IMG/VR virus record: IMGVR_UViG_3300023179_005665
Span: 1-59,501 of that record
Strand: one strand, 5' to 3'
DNA from: a virus
Lineage: Duplodnaviria > Caudoviricetes
Length of the DNA: 59,501 nucleotides
Below the pieces are notes generated by a model. It did not search any database. It saw nothing but the letters and a program-made list of their open reading frames with translations, and had not been told where the DNA came from. This document shows, one piece after another, positions 29,004-39,583 of the stretch. Position numbers and translations under genes: made by a program. Position 1 is the stretch's first letter. Each line of letters begins with the position of its first letter.

Positions 29004-29686
29004 TTTGATATAGTGATCCATTCTCTAATTGGAAATATATCCCCGTGCCACTTAGTATATTCTAATGGATTGGGGCAAAATATTTTATTGTTACATCCTA
29101 AGAATCCTATCCACCAACTAAATGTTCCAAGCGATAATATTTTATAGGTAAATTTTGATGCAAATTTAATTGTATTTTCTGGAGTATTGTTATATGGTGT
29201 CAAATTAAATTCTTGAATTAGTTTTTTAACTATCGAATGATTTGGAGAATCCGTACTGATATAATTAATATCTCGTCTACTAGAGGCAATACTATCGTAA
29301 TAATATTTGTAAGTAGGTATTTTATCTGTTTCGTCTTCTATATCGCCAAGCCTAACATGAACAAATAAACCATCTATATAATGGGAGTCATGATAAAATA
29401 AATTTAAATTTTGTTCTAGTAATTTTACCATATGATAATTTTGAAAAAAACCATTTAAGTATATATTACTGTATAATAATGTTTCGTTATCAATTTCTAA
29501 AAAATTGTCATCTGTAATCTCGGTTGTTTTTAAAAATTTTGTATCTTGTCCATAATTATTTGAGTCAACAATACTATTATTTAAAGGATTATAAATAAGT
29601 TGATTATATTTATTTGATAATATTTTTGCTATAGCATACTGAAAAAGGTTATTACCAAGTCGGCCTTGATAGTTTATATATATCAT
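29000..29686 (-). CDS. GT11 alpha-1,2-fucosyltransferase-like
   Basis: GRLGNNLFQYA, GFFQ, VHVRLGD, GTFSWWIG. Confidence 0.85.
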   Translation of the reverse strand: MIYINYQGRLGNNLFQYAIAKILSNKYNQLIYNPLNNSIVDSNNYGQDTKFLKTTEITDDNFLEIDNETLLYSNIYLNGFFQNYHMVKLLEQNLNLFYHDSHYIDGLFVHVRLGDIEDETDKIPTYKYYYDSIASSRRDINYISTDSPNHSIVKKLIQEFNLTPYNNTPENTIKFASKFTYKILSLGTFSWWIGFLGCNNKIFCPNPLEYTKWHGDIFPIREWITISK

Positions 29687-30300
29687 GATAATCTGTTTTC
29701 TTTTATATACAAAGCATCTCCCCACTCATTGTACATGACGGTCTCTTTACGATAAAAGTCATAAGTCTCTAAATAGGCGTCCATATCTGTAATTAATGGG
29801 CAGTTTTTATATACGTGCGATATATTTATTTCGCTATATATATAATCAAATTTATTAATATATTCATCAAAACTTTTTATAGCTTCTAGTTCATATCCCT
29901 GAATATCTATGTTAAGAAAATTATATTTATTCATATTTATGTGATATTGATCTATTAGCGTTGACATTCTACGCATTTCAACAGAAATAGTATTTGTGTA
30001 AAAAATATCTGGATGCAATTCAAGATGCCTTCCCATTTCTAAAACAGATGAAGACTGCCCGTTGTTGGCTATATTCAGATTAATTGTACTATTTTTATTT
30101 CCTATAGCAGAAATTATTACTGTGTCTTCTGGTGAGGATTTTTGTTGCAAAAATTTAAAATACTCAGGGTTAGCTTCTATCCAAACAACTGGACGAATGT
30201 TATTATTCGTATACCAATCAGAATCCTCCCCCTTGTGTGCGCCTATATGAATAGCGCCAGTTACATTTTTAAGATAGGTATTTACGTTATTAATTAACAT
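29683..30300 (-). CDS. FkbM-family methyltransferase
   Basis: HIGAHKGE, IEANP, GQSSSVL, NIDIQGYEL. Confidence 0.85.
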   Translation of the reverse strand: MLINNVNTYLKNVTGAIHIGAHKGEDSDWYTNNNIRPVVWIEANPEYFKFLQQKSSPEDTVIISAIGNKNSTINLNIANNGQSSSVLEMGRHLELHPDIFYTNTISVEMRRMSTLIDQYHINMNKYNFLNIDIQGYELEAIKSFDEYINKFDYIYSEINISHVYKNCPLITDMDAYLETYDFYRKETVMYNEWGDALYIKENRLS

Positions 30301-30920
30301 ATATTTTGTATTAGTATCAAACAATTATCATGCTGATTCGTGGTATGTTCTAGATTTTTAATGATAAAATTAAAAGGATATTTTTTTTGTAAAATTGTGA
30401 GTTTATTTTTATATTCTGGAATATAATGTATATTTACATCCTCTATAATATACATTCCGTTATTATTTAGTTTATAGATAGAATTTTCTAAAAATATTAA
30501 ATTGGCATTAATTTCGTGTAATCCATCATCTATTATAATATCAAATTGATGTTGCAAATCTGCATTTTCCCATAGTTCTATTATGGAATTTTTATTTGTT
30601 TGGTCAACAAAGAATGTTTTTATTCTATCTTCGCTAAATAAAACTCTTTTATCTATATCTGCTCCGTATATGGTAGCGTTTTTAAAAAATCTTTTCCATC
30701 CTCTTAATGATGCCCCTGGTATACCATTCGGCCCCATAGAAGAAGCCACGTCGATATAGTTTGTACCTAGACCTAATTCAAATACATGTTTTATATCATA
30801 CTTTGTTGAATTAAATAGTGAATAATATTCTTCTGTATAGTTATGATGTTTTTGCAAAATATTACTTTTATCACTTCCTTCTTCAGCCATAATCTCACAA
30901 AGCTCTGTTGGCCTAATCAT
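30294..30920 (-). CDS. SAM-dependent sugar O-methyltransferase-like
   Basis: GSDK...HNYT, ELGLG, GASLRGW, GADID, FDIIIDDGLH, YIIED. Confidence 0.8.
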   Translation of the reverse strand: MIRPTELCEIMAEEGSDKSNILQKHHNYTEEYYSLFNSTKYDIKHVFELGLGTNYIDVASSMGPNGIPGASLRGWKRFFKNATIYGADIDKRVLFSEDRIKTFFVDQTNKNSIIELWENADLQHQFDIIIDDGLHEINANLIFLENSIYKLNNNGMYIIEDVNIHYIPEYKNKLTILQKKYPFNFIIKNLEHTTNQHDNCLILIQNIC

Positions 30921-31756
30921 TCATCATTCACCTTTCTAAGAATTTTTCTACATACACTGTCTAATGTAAAATAGTCATTATATATCTGATTAATGTTGTC
31001 TAGCATATTTATATACTGTTTATCATCTATAGAATTAAGGACGTCTTCTATCGTATCGATTTCATTTTCTTTTATTAATATACAAATATCTTTCCAGTTA
31101 ATATCGTTAACCCATGGTAAATAATGCCTATCACTTACATATACAGGCACAGATTTGAGCTGCATCGCTTCATACAGTCGAAAACTACTAGGACCATAAC
31201 CGCGAGGACATAACGAAAATTTGCTTCTGCTTGTAAAATTTAAGAATATATCCAGATCTTCTTTTGATACGTTTGGCGACCAGGTTTTTTGATAAAAAAA
31301 GTATTTTGTATTATTAAAATAGGTTTTAAATAATTTAGCTCGAATAGGATTAGTATTAGAACCAACAAAAGAGCAAAAAATATCCTTATCCTTAGCGTTA
31401 ATAATAGGAGGATTCGATATACCTGAACATATCAATGGAATTGGTATAACGTTTTTATTTTGATAATTACCTCCGGCCGAGAAAACCATTGTGTCTGGTG
31501 GCAAAATTTCTCTGGGAGCATCGTCATGCTGACAAACTATAAAATACTTATCATTTTTAGATAAGCTATCAAGATAACTTACAAGTTTTTGAATATCGCA
31601 ACCATTATTATAATAGCTTGTCCATCCAACATTTATAAATTTTCTAGATGTTTTTATATTGTTGTTTTTAACAAAATCAATAAAATAATCTTCTAAATAT
31701 AAACCTTTATGATAAGGAGGGTATGTGGGATAATTTGGAGCGGGCGTCAGGGACAT
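30917..31756 (-). CDS. Exostosin-like (GT47) glycosyltransferase
   Basis: SFVGS...SKFSLCPRGYGPSSFRLYEAMQLKSVPVYVSD. Confidence 0.85.
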   Translation of the reverse strand: MSLTPAPNYPTYPPYHKGLYLEDYFIDFVKNNNIKTSRKFINVGWTSYYNNGCDIQKLVSYLDSLSKNDKYFIVCQHDDAPREILPPDTMVFSAGGNYQNKNVIPIPLICSGISNPPIINAKDKDIFCSFVGSNTNPIRAKLFKTYFNNTKYFFYQKTWSPNVSKEDLDIFLNFTSRSKFSLCPRGYGPSSFRLYEAMQLKSVPVYVSDRHYLPWVNDINWKDICILIKENEIDTIEDVLNSIDDKQYINMLDNINQIYNDYFTLDSVCRKILRKVNDE

Positions 31757-32385
31757 ACGACTACTTTCTTTATTTCATCTAGTAGTTTTCGCTTATTGTC
31801 TACCCCAACAGTAAAATTAGCATGTGCCATTAATATATTTTTATCTATATAAGGAATTTTGATCGTTGGATCCCATCGTCTACCTATACTGAAAGAAACA
31901 TTGTAATATAATTTATTCAAAAATTTAAATGATATCTTATTGTGTTTCAAATGGTTTAATGCAACCTGATCATTCAAGTAGCTGTCTATATTTGTTCTAA
32001 TTTTTTGAAACAGATTTTTGATTCTGTCATTAGCTCTACAAATAAAAAAACCGCAACAAATATTATCTGGACCATCATCTATTCCAGCTAAATCATATTC
32101 CCCTAATTGCTCAACCAGATCTTTGGTTATTGGTTTATAAAACTCAATATCGCAATCAGCATGAATAAAAACGTCCCCATAACACTCATCTATGCTTCTG
32201 AGTATATAATCAACTTTTCTTTTCATGGTGATATTCCAACCACCATCCATATAATTCCCTGTTTCACATTCTTGAGGCATTTTCTCTACTATTAATTCCA
32301 AATTATCATTTTTGGGTATTGAGGGCAAAAAATAATTATTTAAAAGAACAGAATGAGATTCTGTATAAAAAGTATATAATTTCAT
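31747..32385 (-). CDS. Nucleotide-diphospho-sugar transferase (GT77-like)
   Basis: RKVDYIL, DCDI (DxD), CCGFF, NDQVALN, HANFTVG. Confidence 0.75.
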   Translation of the reverse strand: MKLYTFYTESHSVLLNNYFLPSIPKNDNLELIVEKMPQECETGNYMDGGWNITMKRKVDYILRSIDECYGDVFIHADCDIEFYKPITKDLVEQLGEYDLAGIDDGPDNICCGFFICRANDRIKNLFQKIRTNIDSYLNDQVALNHLKHNKISFKFLNKLYYNVSFSIGRRWDPTIKIPYIDKNILMAHANFTVGVDNKRKLLDEIKKVVVCP

Positions 32386-32942
32386 TATTTTTTATAATTA
32401 TAAACGTAGACAGTATACTTACCCCAAATATCGTCAATCAAATCACTAATGAAATTCCAATTACCACCGGCCAAACCGCTACCAAACTTGGGTGCGTGAA
32501 TTTCTATATTCTCTGTTTGTTTTGTCGAGCCTGTATTCATATGAATAAAATGAGATAGTTGAACCATACTTTTTGTTAATGCCGCATAGTTTAATGGTCT
32601 AGTATTCGATGGATTTCTAATACCATTTTGAGCAATCATGTTTACGACATATAAAGAATGCTTGTATTTTGAGTCTTCTTTAATTTTTATAATTTGAGCA
32701 TGTCCTAGATTTTGTCGTAAAAAATTCTTACCTAACATATGATAATTGGCTTTTGCTTCCGGATATCTTTCTGCAACAGCAGCGGCAAAACCTGCTCCAA
32801 ATAGATCTATATTATTACATACATGAGGAATAAAGACCGTGGATCCATTATGTTCTGCTTTAAGTCTGCTCTCTGCTATATCAAAAATATCTTTATTACT
32901 AATTATATATTTTTTATTATTATCAAATGTTTTGGTGCTCAT
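32385..32942 (-). CDS. Macro domain protein (Poa1p/TARG1/DarG-like)
   Basis: HVCNNIDLFGAGFA, NMIAQ, APKFGSGLAGGNW. Confidence 0.8.
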   Translation of the reverse strand: MSTKTFDNNKKYIISNKDIFDIAESRLKAEHNGSTVFIPHVCNNIDLFGAGFAAAVAERYPEAKANYHMLGKNFLRQNLGHAQIIKIKEDSKYKHSLYVVNMIAQNGIRNPSNTRPLNYAALTKSMVQLSHFIHMNTGSTKQTENIEIHAPKFGSGLAGGNWNFISDLIDDIWGKYTVYVYNYKK

Positions 32943-32947
32943 TGGTA

Positions 32948-33202
32948 TTATCCTTTTTGAATTTTGCCCCATTTATCTAATGGACATGATTGATCAGCCC
33001 AAGCTAATTTATTCAGAAAAATCTTTTTTCTATTAATAGCACAACCACATACTCCGCATTCTTGTTTGTTTTTATTAAATTGATCACAGGCAAAACAAAT
33101 AAGATATCTGCTATCTATTTCTTGTTGTGTTGATTTGGGAAATCCCGCCCACACATGAAATAGTAGGGATTTAAGAAATGTTTTGAGCTTTATAAGTATC
33201 AT
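32948..33202 (-). CDS. Small Cys-rich (metal-binding) protein
   Basis: RYLICFAC...CGVCGC...CPLDKW. Confidence 0.7.
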   Translation of the reverse strand: MILIKLKTFLKSLLFHVWAGFPKSTQQEIDSRYLICFACDQFNKNKQECGVCGCAINRKKIFLNKLAWADQSCPLDKWGKIQKG

Positions 33203-33428
33203 CTTTTTTGGTCTCTTTGATTGGTATAATATTATTATCTTTGTCCATAGTATAAATTTGTATTTTTTCTATTATTGTATTTCCTTTAAACCATCTTGGA
33301 CTACCATCTATCAAAGAAATGCCTAATTTTGATCCATCTTTTTTGTGATCAATACTCAAAACATAGTATATAGAATCCAACAAAAAAGAATCTCCTGACT
33401 CTAATTCTTCTATGAATTTATCATTCAT
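33171..33428 (-). CDS. Hypothetical protein
   Basis: ORF in operon, start refined to MNDKFIE. Confidence 0.55.
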   Translation of the reverse strand: MNDKFIEELESGDSFLLDSIYYVLSIDHKKDGSKLGISLIDGSPRWFKGNTIIEKIQIYTMDKDNNIIPIKETKKDDTYKAQNIS

Positions 33429-33618
33429 AATCTTGCCAATCTTCCCACAACTCATCTTGTCTTAGGTCTTCTATCTTCCGCTTATTTTCTTTTTTCCCCT
33501 TAGGAGAGTTCCAATCTTCATCTATATTATCTCTTTTATCCAAAGCTTTATTCTTAAGATGTTTTCTACGACCATTTTTACGCTCTATAAAATCATCTTT
33601 ATTTCGTTCTGATTTCAT
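33421..33618 (-). CDS. Hypothetical charged protein
   Basis: 65-aa ORF downstream of a sigma70-like promoter. Confidence 0.55.
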   Translation of the reverse strand: MKSERNKDDFIERKNGRRKHLKNKALDKRDNIDEDWNSPKGKKENKRKIEDLRQDELWEDWQDYE

Positions 33619-33671
33619 TGTATATTACCAGTAATCTCCCGAGTATCTTTTAAAATTACAAGCCATGTATT

Positions 33672-33752
33672 GTTATATGTCGAGCACCAGATTTGTCAAG
33701 CCAATCCTTAAAAAGTATAGCTGTTGACAAAGTAGCTTTAGGACACTAATAT
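33672..33752. promoter_or_regulatory. Divergent sigma70-like promoter pair
   Basis: Minus: TTGACA(33699-33694)-16 nt-TATAAC. Plus: TTGACA(33724-33729)-17 nt-TAATAT. Both sit at the strand switch. Confidence 0.55.
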
Positions 33753-33797
33753 TATGCAGGTCGGGTGATTTATACTCTTATATACTTACAATTCCAA

Positions 33798-35447
33798 ATG
33801 AATTCTACTCTAGTTACCGGAATATGGGATCTCGACAGAGCATCCGCCTCAGAGGGTTGGGGAAGGAATTACGATCACTATATTAAGAATTTACAGAAGT
33901 TACTGTCTTCTTGTTATGATATAAATTTTATAGTATTTATAGACCCTAAAGATGAACATTATGTTTGGGAAGTAAGAGATAAGAATAATACTGTGGTCTA
34001 TCATCACACAAAAGACCAATTTAATGGTAATTTCTTCCCATTTTTTGATAAGATACAGGATATAAGAAATAATCCAGCATGGTACAATCAAGCTGGTTGG
34101 TTGAAAGAGAGTACGCAAGGATCCATGGAATACTACAACCCTATGGTTATGAGTAAACCGTTCCTATTGCATAATGCAAAGATATACAATCCGTTTAATA
34201 GCGATTATTTGTATTGGATAGATGGTGGAATAACGAATACTGTTCATCCCGGTTATTTTAGTCATGATAAAGTTTTAGATAAAATAGAAAAACTAACTAA
34301 AAAATTCTTATTTATAGCTTTTCCCTATGAGACTAATAGCGAAATCCATGGATTTGATATAGCAAAAATGGACAGTATAGCAGGGCAACACGTAAATAGA
34401 GTTGCTAGAGGAGGATTTTTTGGAGGGAAAAAAGAATATATTTCGGCAGCTAATGATATGTATTATGGTCTTTTAAATGATACTCTTAATCAAGGGTATA
34501 TGGGTACAGAAGAGAGTATTTTTACATTAATGACCTATTTAAAACCGGAAATGTATCAATATGAAATGATTAATGATGACGGTTTAATAAATACTTTTTT
34601 TGAAAATGTGAAAAATAACAAAACAGACTTGCAAAAAATGTTAGCAACTAAACCATATAAGAATGAAGATATTTATTTATATATTAATGCTTTTAATTCT
34701 CCAGAACAATTGCAGATGGTTCTTGATAGTTTTGAAGTTTATGATCCTAAATTTTTAACACACACTAAAAAAGTTCTCATTAACAATACAACCAAAGAAG
34801 AATTGTTCTCTAAATATGATATTATTACTAAAAAATATAAATTTGATGAAGAAATAAGAAAAGGCAATTTAGGAGTATGTAGGGCAAGACAAGAGGCTGC
34901 CGAGCATTTCAAAAACACAGAATCAAAATATATGATGTTTTTTGAAGATGATATGTTATTAAGCATGAGTGGCGGCGATTATTGTAATTTTGGGCTTAAA
35001 CGCAAAGTTAATAATCTTTTCGATACTATAATAAATATTATGGATAATGAAGAGTATGATTTTTTAAAATTAAGTTTTAGTGAGTTTTATGGTCATAATG
35101 GAGAGCAATGGAGTTGGCATAATGTTCCTCAAGATAAACGCATAGAGTACTTCGGTAGTGTTAATGACAAACCCCCAACCCAATTTAATTGTATAAAAAG
35201 CCTAAATAATACACCATATGCAGAAGGAGAAATTTACTATTGTAACTGGCCTCATATTATAGGACAGAATGGTAATCAAAAGTTGTTCTTAGACACAAAA
35301 TGGAATCATCCATATGAGCAAACATGGATGAGTCATATTTATACTCTTACTAAGGAAAATAAAGTTAAACCAGCAATATTATTAGCTAGTCCCATCTTAC
35401 ATAATAGGATACATTTTTATGAAGCGAGCGAAAGAAAAGAAAACTAA
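33798..35447 (+). CDS. Two-domain glycosyltransferase (HtrL/WlaTC-like plus GT-A)
   Basis: TLVTGIWDL, MSKPFLL...NPFNSDYLYWIDGG, GGFFGG, GTEES; second domain with NLGVCRAR and FFEDD. Confidence 0.75.
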   Translation: MNSTLVTGIWDLDRASASEGWGRNYDHYIKNLQKLLSSCYDINFIVFIDPKDEHYVWEVRDKNNTVVYHHTKDQFNGNFFPFFDKIQDIRNNPAWYNQAGWLKESTQGSMEYYNPMVMSKPFLLHNAKIYNPFNSDYLYWIDGGITNTVHPGYFSHDKVLDKIEKLTKKFLFIAFPYETNSEIHGFDIAKMDSIAGQHVNRVARGGFFGGKKEYISAANDMYYGLLNDTLNQGYMGTEESIFTLMTYLKPEMYQYEMINDDGLINTFFENVKNNKTDLQKMLATKPYKNEDIYLYINAFNSPEQLQMVLDSFEVYDPKFLTHTKKVLINNTTKEELFSKYDIITKKYKFDEEIRKGNLGVCRARQEAAEHFKNTESKYMMFFEDDMLLSMSGGDYCNFGLKRKVNNLFDTIINIMDNEEYDFLKLSFSEFYGHNGEQWSWHNVPQDKRIEYFGSVNDKPPTQFNCIKSLNNTPYAEGEIYYCNWPHIIGQNGNQKLFLDTKWNHPYEQTWMSHIYTLTKENKVKPAILLASPILHNRIHFYEASERKEN

Positions 35448-36702
35448 AGAAAATACTATTTTTATTCAGATAGCTTCTTACAGGGACCCTCAATTAATAT
35501 TGACTATTAAAGATGCTATAGCTAATGCTTCTGATCCTGATAATTTAGTTTTTGGTATAGCTCGTCAATATAGCCCTAATGATAAATTTGACAATATAGA
35601 CGAATATAGAAATGATAAAAGATTTAGAATATTAGATATTCCATATCAAGAATCTAGAGGCGTATGCTGGGCCAGAAACCAAGTACAGCAGCTATACAAA
35701 GACGAAAAATACACATTACAAATTGATAGTCATATGAGATTTGAGAAAAATTGGGACGTTGAATTTATTAAAATGATTACTGATTTACAATCTCAAGGCT
35801 ATAAGAAACCTCTATTAACTGGGTATGTATCTTCTTTTGACCCAGACAATGATCCTGCTGCCAGAGTACGAGAACCATGGAGAATGGTTTTTGATAGATT
35901 TATTCCAGAAGGAGCTGTTTTCTTTTTGCCGGAGACTATTCCAGATTGGCAAAATCTAACAGGACCTGTTCCTGCTCGATTTTATTCTGCTCATTTCTGT
36001 TTTACTTTAGGAGAATTTAGCAAAGAGGTCCAGCATAACCCTGAATATTATTTTCATGGAGAAGAAATTAGTATAGCGGTACGAGCATATACCCATGGGT
36101 ATGATCTGTTTCATCCTCATAAAGTTCTTATATGGCACGAATATACAAGAAAAGGACGAACAAAACAATGGGATGATGATCCTAAATGGGTAGATAAAAA
36201 CAATAAATCTCATTTGACAAATAGAAAACTGTTTGGAATGGATGGAGAAACCCAAGAAGGTCACAACGGTCCTTATGGTTTTGGAGAGACTAGAACTCTA
36301 AAAGATTATGAAAAATATGCGGGTTTATTATTTAGTAAACGATCAATTCAACAACCAACAATAGATAAGCAATATCCTCCTAATCCTGATATTTATAAAA
36401 CTGAAGAAGAATGGTTAAATAGCTTTTCTCGTATTTTTAAACACTGTATAGATATACAGTATGTTCAAGTGCCAGAAAACGATTATGATTTTTGGGTAGT
36501 GGCATTTCATGATGAAAAAGATAATACTTTGTATAGAAAAGATGCAGATCTCTCAGAGATACAAAATATGAAAAACGACCCGGATAAATATTGTAAAATT
36601 TGGAGAGAGTTTCCAACAACAGTTGAACCAAAATACTGGGTGGTGTGGCCTCATAGCGATAGCAAAGGCTGGTGTGATAAAATTACTGGGAATTTATACT
36701 AA
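35419..36702 (+). CDS. GT60-like (Skp1 hydroxyproline GlcNAc transferase family) glycosyltransferase
   Basis: TIFIQIASYRDP, RGVCWAR, LQIDSHMRF..WD, FHGEEISIAVRAYTHGYD, WHEY. Confidence 0.85.
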   Translation: MKRAKEKKTKENTIFIQIASYRDPQLILTIKDAIANASDPDNLVFGIARQYSPNDKFDNIDEYRNDKRFRILDIPYQESRGVCWARNQVQQLYKDEKYTLQIDSHMRFEKNWDVEFIKMITDLQSQGYKKPLLTGYVSSFDPDNDPAARVREPWRMVFDRFIPEGAVFFLPETIPDWQNLTGPVPARFYSAHFCFTLGEFSKEVQHNPEYYFHGEEISIAVRAYTHGYDLFHPHKVLIWHEYTRKGRTKQWDDDPKWVDKNNKSHLTNRKLFGMDGETQEGHNGPYGFGETRTLKDYEKYAGLLFSKRSIQQPTIDKQYPPNPDIYKTEEEWLNSFSRIFKHCIDIQYVQVPENDYDFWVVAFHDEKDNTLYRKDADLSEIQNMKNDPDKYCKIWREFPTTVEPKYWVVWPHSDSKGWCDKITGNLY

Positions 36703-36704
36703 TT

Positions 36705-37409
36705 ATGATTACAATTAATCAATATAAGTTTGCTGATATAGGTTTTTATATTAATTTAGATAGCAGAATAGATCGTAAAGATAAATTAGAGTTACAATTA
36801 TATAATTATAATATAAGAAACGTAGTTAGATATTCAGCAAATACACAAACATCGTCTGGTCCTCAAAATTGTAAATCCAGTCATTATGAAATATATAGAA
36901 AATTTTTAGATACAGAATATGAAACTCTATTAGTCTTGGAGGATGACTGTTTATTTCTGCCGTATCTATATAATAATACTGAAGAGGTATATAATAATAT
37001 ATTTTCTTTAAATTTTGACTTATTTTGGTTAGGATGCAGAAATCGTCGCTGGCCAAAACCGTACAAGAATAAATGTTACCAAGTCCAGTCCGTTGCTCAT
37101 ACTCAGTCTTATATTATAAATCGCAAACTATGTGAATATATACTAAATTTTTTTCCAGAACATGGACACAACTCTTTAGCAATAGACGAGCTGTTATGTT
37201 TAGTACCATTTGGTTATGACGTCGCGTATGACCCAAATAAATTTAATTTTTATGAAATGGATAATCCTTTAGAGCAATTAGAGCAACATTTTTTATCTTT
37301 ATGCTATGAAAGAGCCCTTACTACACAGTATCAATCTTATAGCGATTTATGGCATACAGAAGCTAATTATGAATACTATCTATCTTCTTCTTTTCCGGTT
37401 GTAGATTGA
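36705..37409 (+). CDS. GT25-family glycosyltransferase
   Basis: YINLDSRIDRK, SH, LVLEDDC, HTQSYII. Confidence 0.8.
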   Translation: MITINQYKFADIGFYINLDSRIDRKDKLELQLYNYNIRNVVRYSANTQTSSGPQNCKSSHYEIYRKFLDTEYETLLVLEDDCLFLPYLYNNTEEVYNNIFSLNFDLFWLGCRNRRWPKPYKNKCYQVQSVAHTQSYIINRKLCEYILNFFPEHGHNSLAIDELLCLVPFGYDVAYDPNKFNFYEMDNPLEQLEQHFLSLCYERALTTQYQSYSDLWHTEANYEYYLSSSFPVVD

Positions 37410-38140
37410 TGAAAGTTTTATCTATTACATGGTCATATAACGACGATTTAATATACAAAGACAGCTTGTTGTATAAATCTTTCATTAAGTATAATTCTGC
37501 TAACGATTTTTTAAATATTCATTTTAATAGAAATAATTACATAGATGTAGAAGAAAAATTTAAAAATAAATTTGGATTTCAATACGAATATATTCTTTAT
37601 AAAATATTTTTATTGAAAGAAAAACTTAATATAATAAATGATAACTTTATAATATATGCAGATACTAATGATGTTGTTTGTATATCAAATATATTAAAAT
37701 TAAATAATTTTTTACCTGATAATCATGTTCTATTTTCTTCAGAATCTAATCAGTATCCATCGGCTGGTAAATTATGGAATTCGTATTCAATAAAAAATAT
37801 ATCGAAAGATACGTTTTTGAATTCTGGATTATTCATGGGGTCAAAAAAAAATATAGAGAGATTACTTAATAAGTGCCTAGAAGACATTTTGCCTTTAGAA
37901 TATAAAGATTTCGGAGGCGATCAAGGCGTTTACACATATAATTATATAAATTATGACGATATCATTTTAGACACAACAAATAATATTTTTTTAAGCACTT
38001 ATTTAAAATCTTCCGATTCTTATAATTTTGAGAATAATCGTATAGTTTGTAAAAAAAATAATACAAAACCGATATTTATTCATGATAATGGGTGGAACTA
38101 CGGTAGTCCTAGATTTATAGAAAAATTTAATCTAATTTAA
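37406..38140 (+). CDS. PLOD-GT-like glycosyltransferase
   Basis: DTNDV, FSSESNQYP, FLNSGLFMG, DQG, LDT..IF, IHDNG. Confidence 0.75.
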   Translation: MMKVLSITWSYNDDLIYKDSLLYKSFIKYNSANDFLNIHFNRNNYIDVEEKFKNKFGFQYEYILYKIFLLKEKLNIINDNFIIYADTNDVVCISNILKLNNFLPDNHVLFSSESNQYPSAGKLWNSYSIKNISKDTFLNSGLFMGSKKNIERLLNKCLEDILPLEYKDFGGDQGVYTYNYINYDDIILDTTNNIFLSTYLKSSDSYNFENNRIVCKKNNTKPIFIHDNGWNYGSPRFIEKFNLI

Positions 38141-38154
38141 TAGAGATATATAAA

Positions 38155-38829
38155 ATGAATAAAATTGAACTACAAGAACACATAGAATATCTATATAAAA
38201 AAGATGATTTACCTAGAAGTCATAAAGATTATTTATCTACTATAAGAGAAAGATTTAATTTTGAGCCTAAAGTAATATACGATATAGGATCCTGCGTCCT
38301 TCATTGGACCAAAGAGGCGGAAAAAATATGGCCAAATGCTAAGTTTTATCTTTTTGAGACGATGGAGACTGTAGAGTTTCTTTATAATAAATTAGGATAC
38401 GATTATAATTTAGGCGTGTTAAGCGACACGGAAAAAGAATTAATCTTTTATCAATCATCTGTCAGTCCGGGAGGCAACTCTTATTATAAAGAGAACAGCT
38501 GGGCTACCGATATTCATTACGGAGAAGACAGTAAAAGATATGTTAGAACTCAAACCGTTGATAATATAGTAAAAGCTAAAAGTTTTACATACGCCGATTT
38601 GATCAAAATAGACGTTCAGGGCTGTGAAATAGACATATTAAAAGGTATGGAAAAAACTTTAAAACATTGTCAGCATCTTATTGTGGAACTACAACACTCT
38701 CAGTATAATACAGGAGCCCCATTAGCAGACGAATCTATACCTATAATTGAATCTTTAGGATTTAAATTAGAAACTAGACTATTTTGCAATAACGGTCCAG
38801 ATGGAGACTATCATTTTGTTAAAAAATAA
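38155..38829 (+). CDS. FkbM-family methyltransferase
   Basis: YDIGS, GNSYYKE, LIKIDVQGCEIDILKG, YNxGAP. Confidence 0.85.
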   Translation: MNKIELQEHIEYLYKKDDLPRSHKDYLSTIRERFNFEPKVIYDIGSCVLHWTKEAEKIWPNAKFYLFETMETVEFLYNKLGYDYNLGVLSDTEKELIFYQSSVSPGGNSYYKENSWATDIHYGEDSKRYVRTQTVDNIVKAKSFTYADLIKIDVQGCEIDILKGMEKTLKHCQHLIVELQHSQYNTGAPLADESIPIIESLGFKLETRLFCNNGPDGDYHFVKK

Positions 38830-38838
38830 TTTTATATA

Positions 38839-39570
38839 ATGAATAAATATTGTTTAATTACTACATATTATGGACTTAATGCTACTTGTCCCTCCAAACA
38901 AGCAACCAAACATAAATTTAATTACGATGGGGATGAACAAAATTTATATATCAATTTCAGTAATGATTTCGATCCTTGGCATAAAGACCATTTAATTGTT
39001 GGTAATTCAGGTAGAAAAGATTTAATATATAGTAAAATTTTTTTATTAAAAGACTTTATAAAAGAGCATATTGTAGGCCGCTACGACATAATATGTCATA
39101 TAGATTATAGCGATGTTAAATTTGCACAAAGTTTTAATTCTATGATGACTAAATTTGACAAAACAGGCTTAGATTTCTGCATAGCAACAGAGAAGTCATG
39201 CTGGCCATATTTAGAAATAGTTCAAAAATGGACAAATAAAGAACTTTCACTTCAAGAATTTGATTACATAAATAGCGGATGTATAATATCAAAAACAGAC
39301 ACACTACTTAATTATTTAGACGAATTATCTCATCTTTGTTTGAATTCAGATATAGATTTTTGGGATGATCAAGGGGTTTGGCAGTATTACAACATAAATA
39401 TACAAAAATTAAACGCAGATAAAACTTGTGAATATTTCTTTTGCACGGGCTTACTGGATAATACATACTACTCTTTTGAAAATAATATAATCACAACAAA
39501 ATTTAATACTTGTCCATATATTATTCATGACAATTCTAGTTTCAGTTTAAATCTTATTCATCAAATTTAA
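38839..39570 (+). CDS. PLOD-GT-like glycosyltransferase
   Basis: DYSDV, ATEKSCWP, YINSG, DDQG, IIHDN; paralogous to 37406..38140. Confidence 0.75.
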   Translation: MNKYCLITTYYGLNATCPSKQATKHKFNYDGDEQNLYINFSNDFDPWHKDHLIVGNSGRKDLIYSKIFLLKDFIKEHIVGRYDIICHIDYSDVKFAQSFNSMMTKFDKTGLDFCIATEKSCWPYLEIVQKWTNKELSLQEFDYINSGCIISKTDTLLNYLDELSHLCLNSDIDFWDDQGVWQYYNINIQKLNADKTCEYFFCTGLLDNTYYSFENNIITTKFNTCPYIIHDNSSFSLNLIHQI

Positions 39571-39583
39571 TGGAGAACATACA

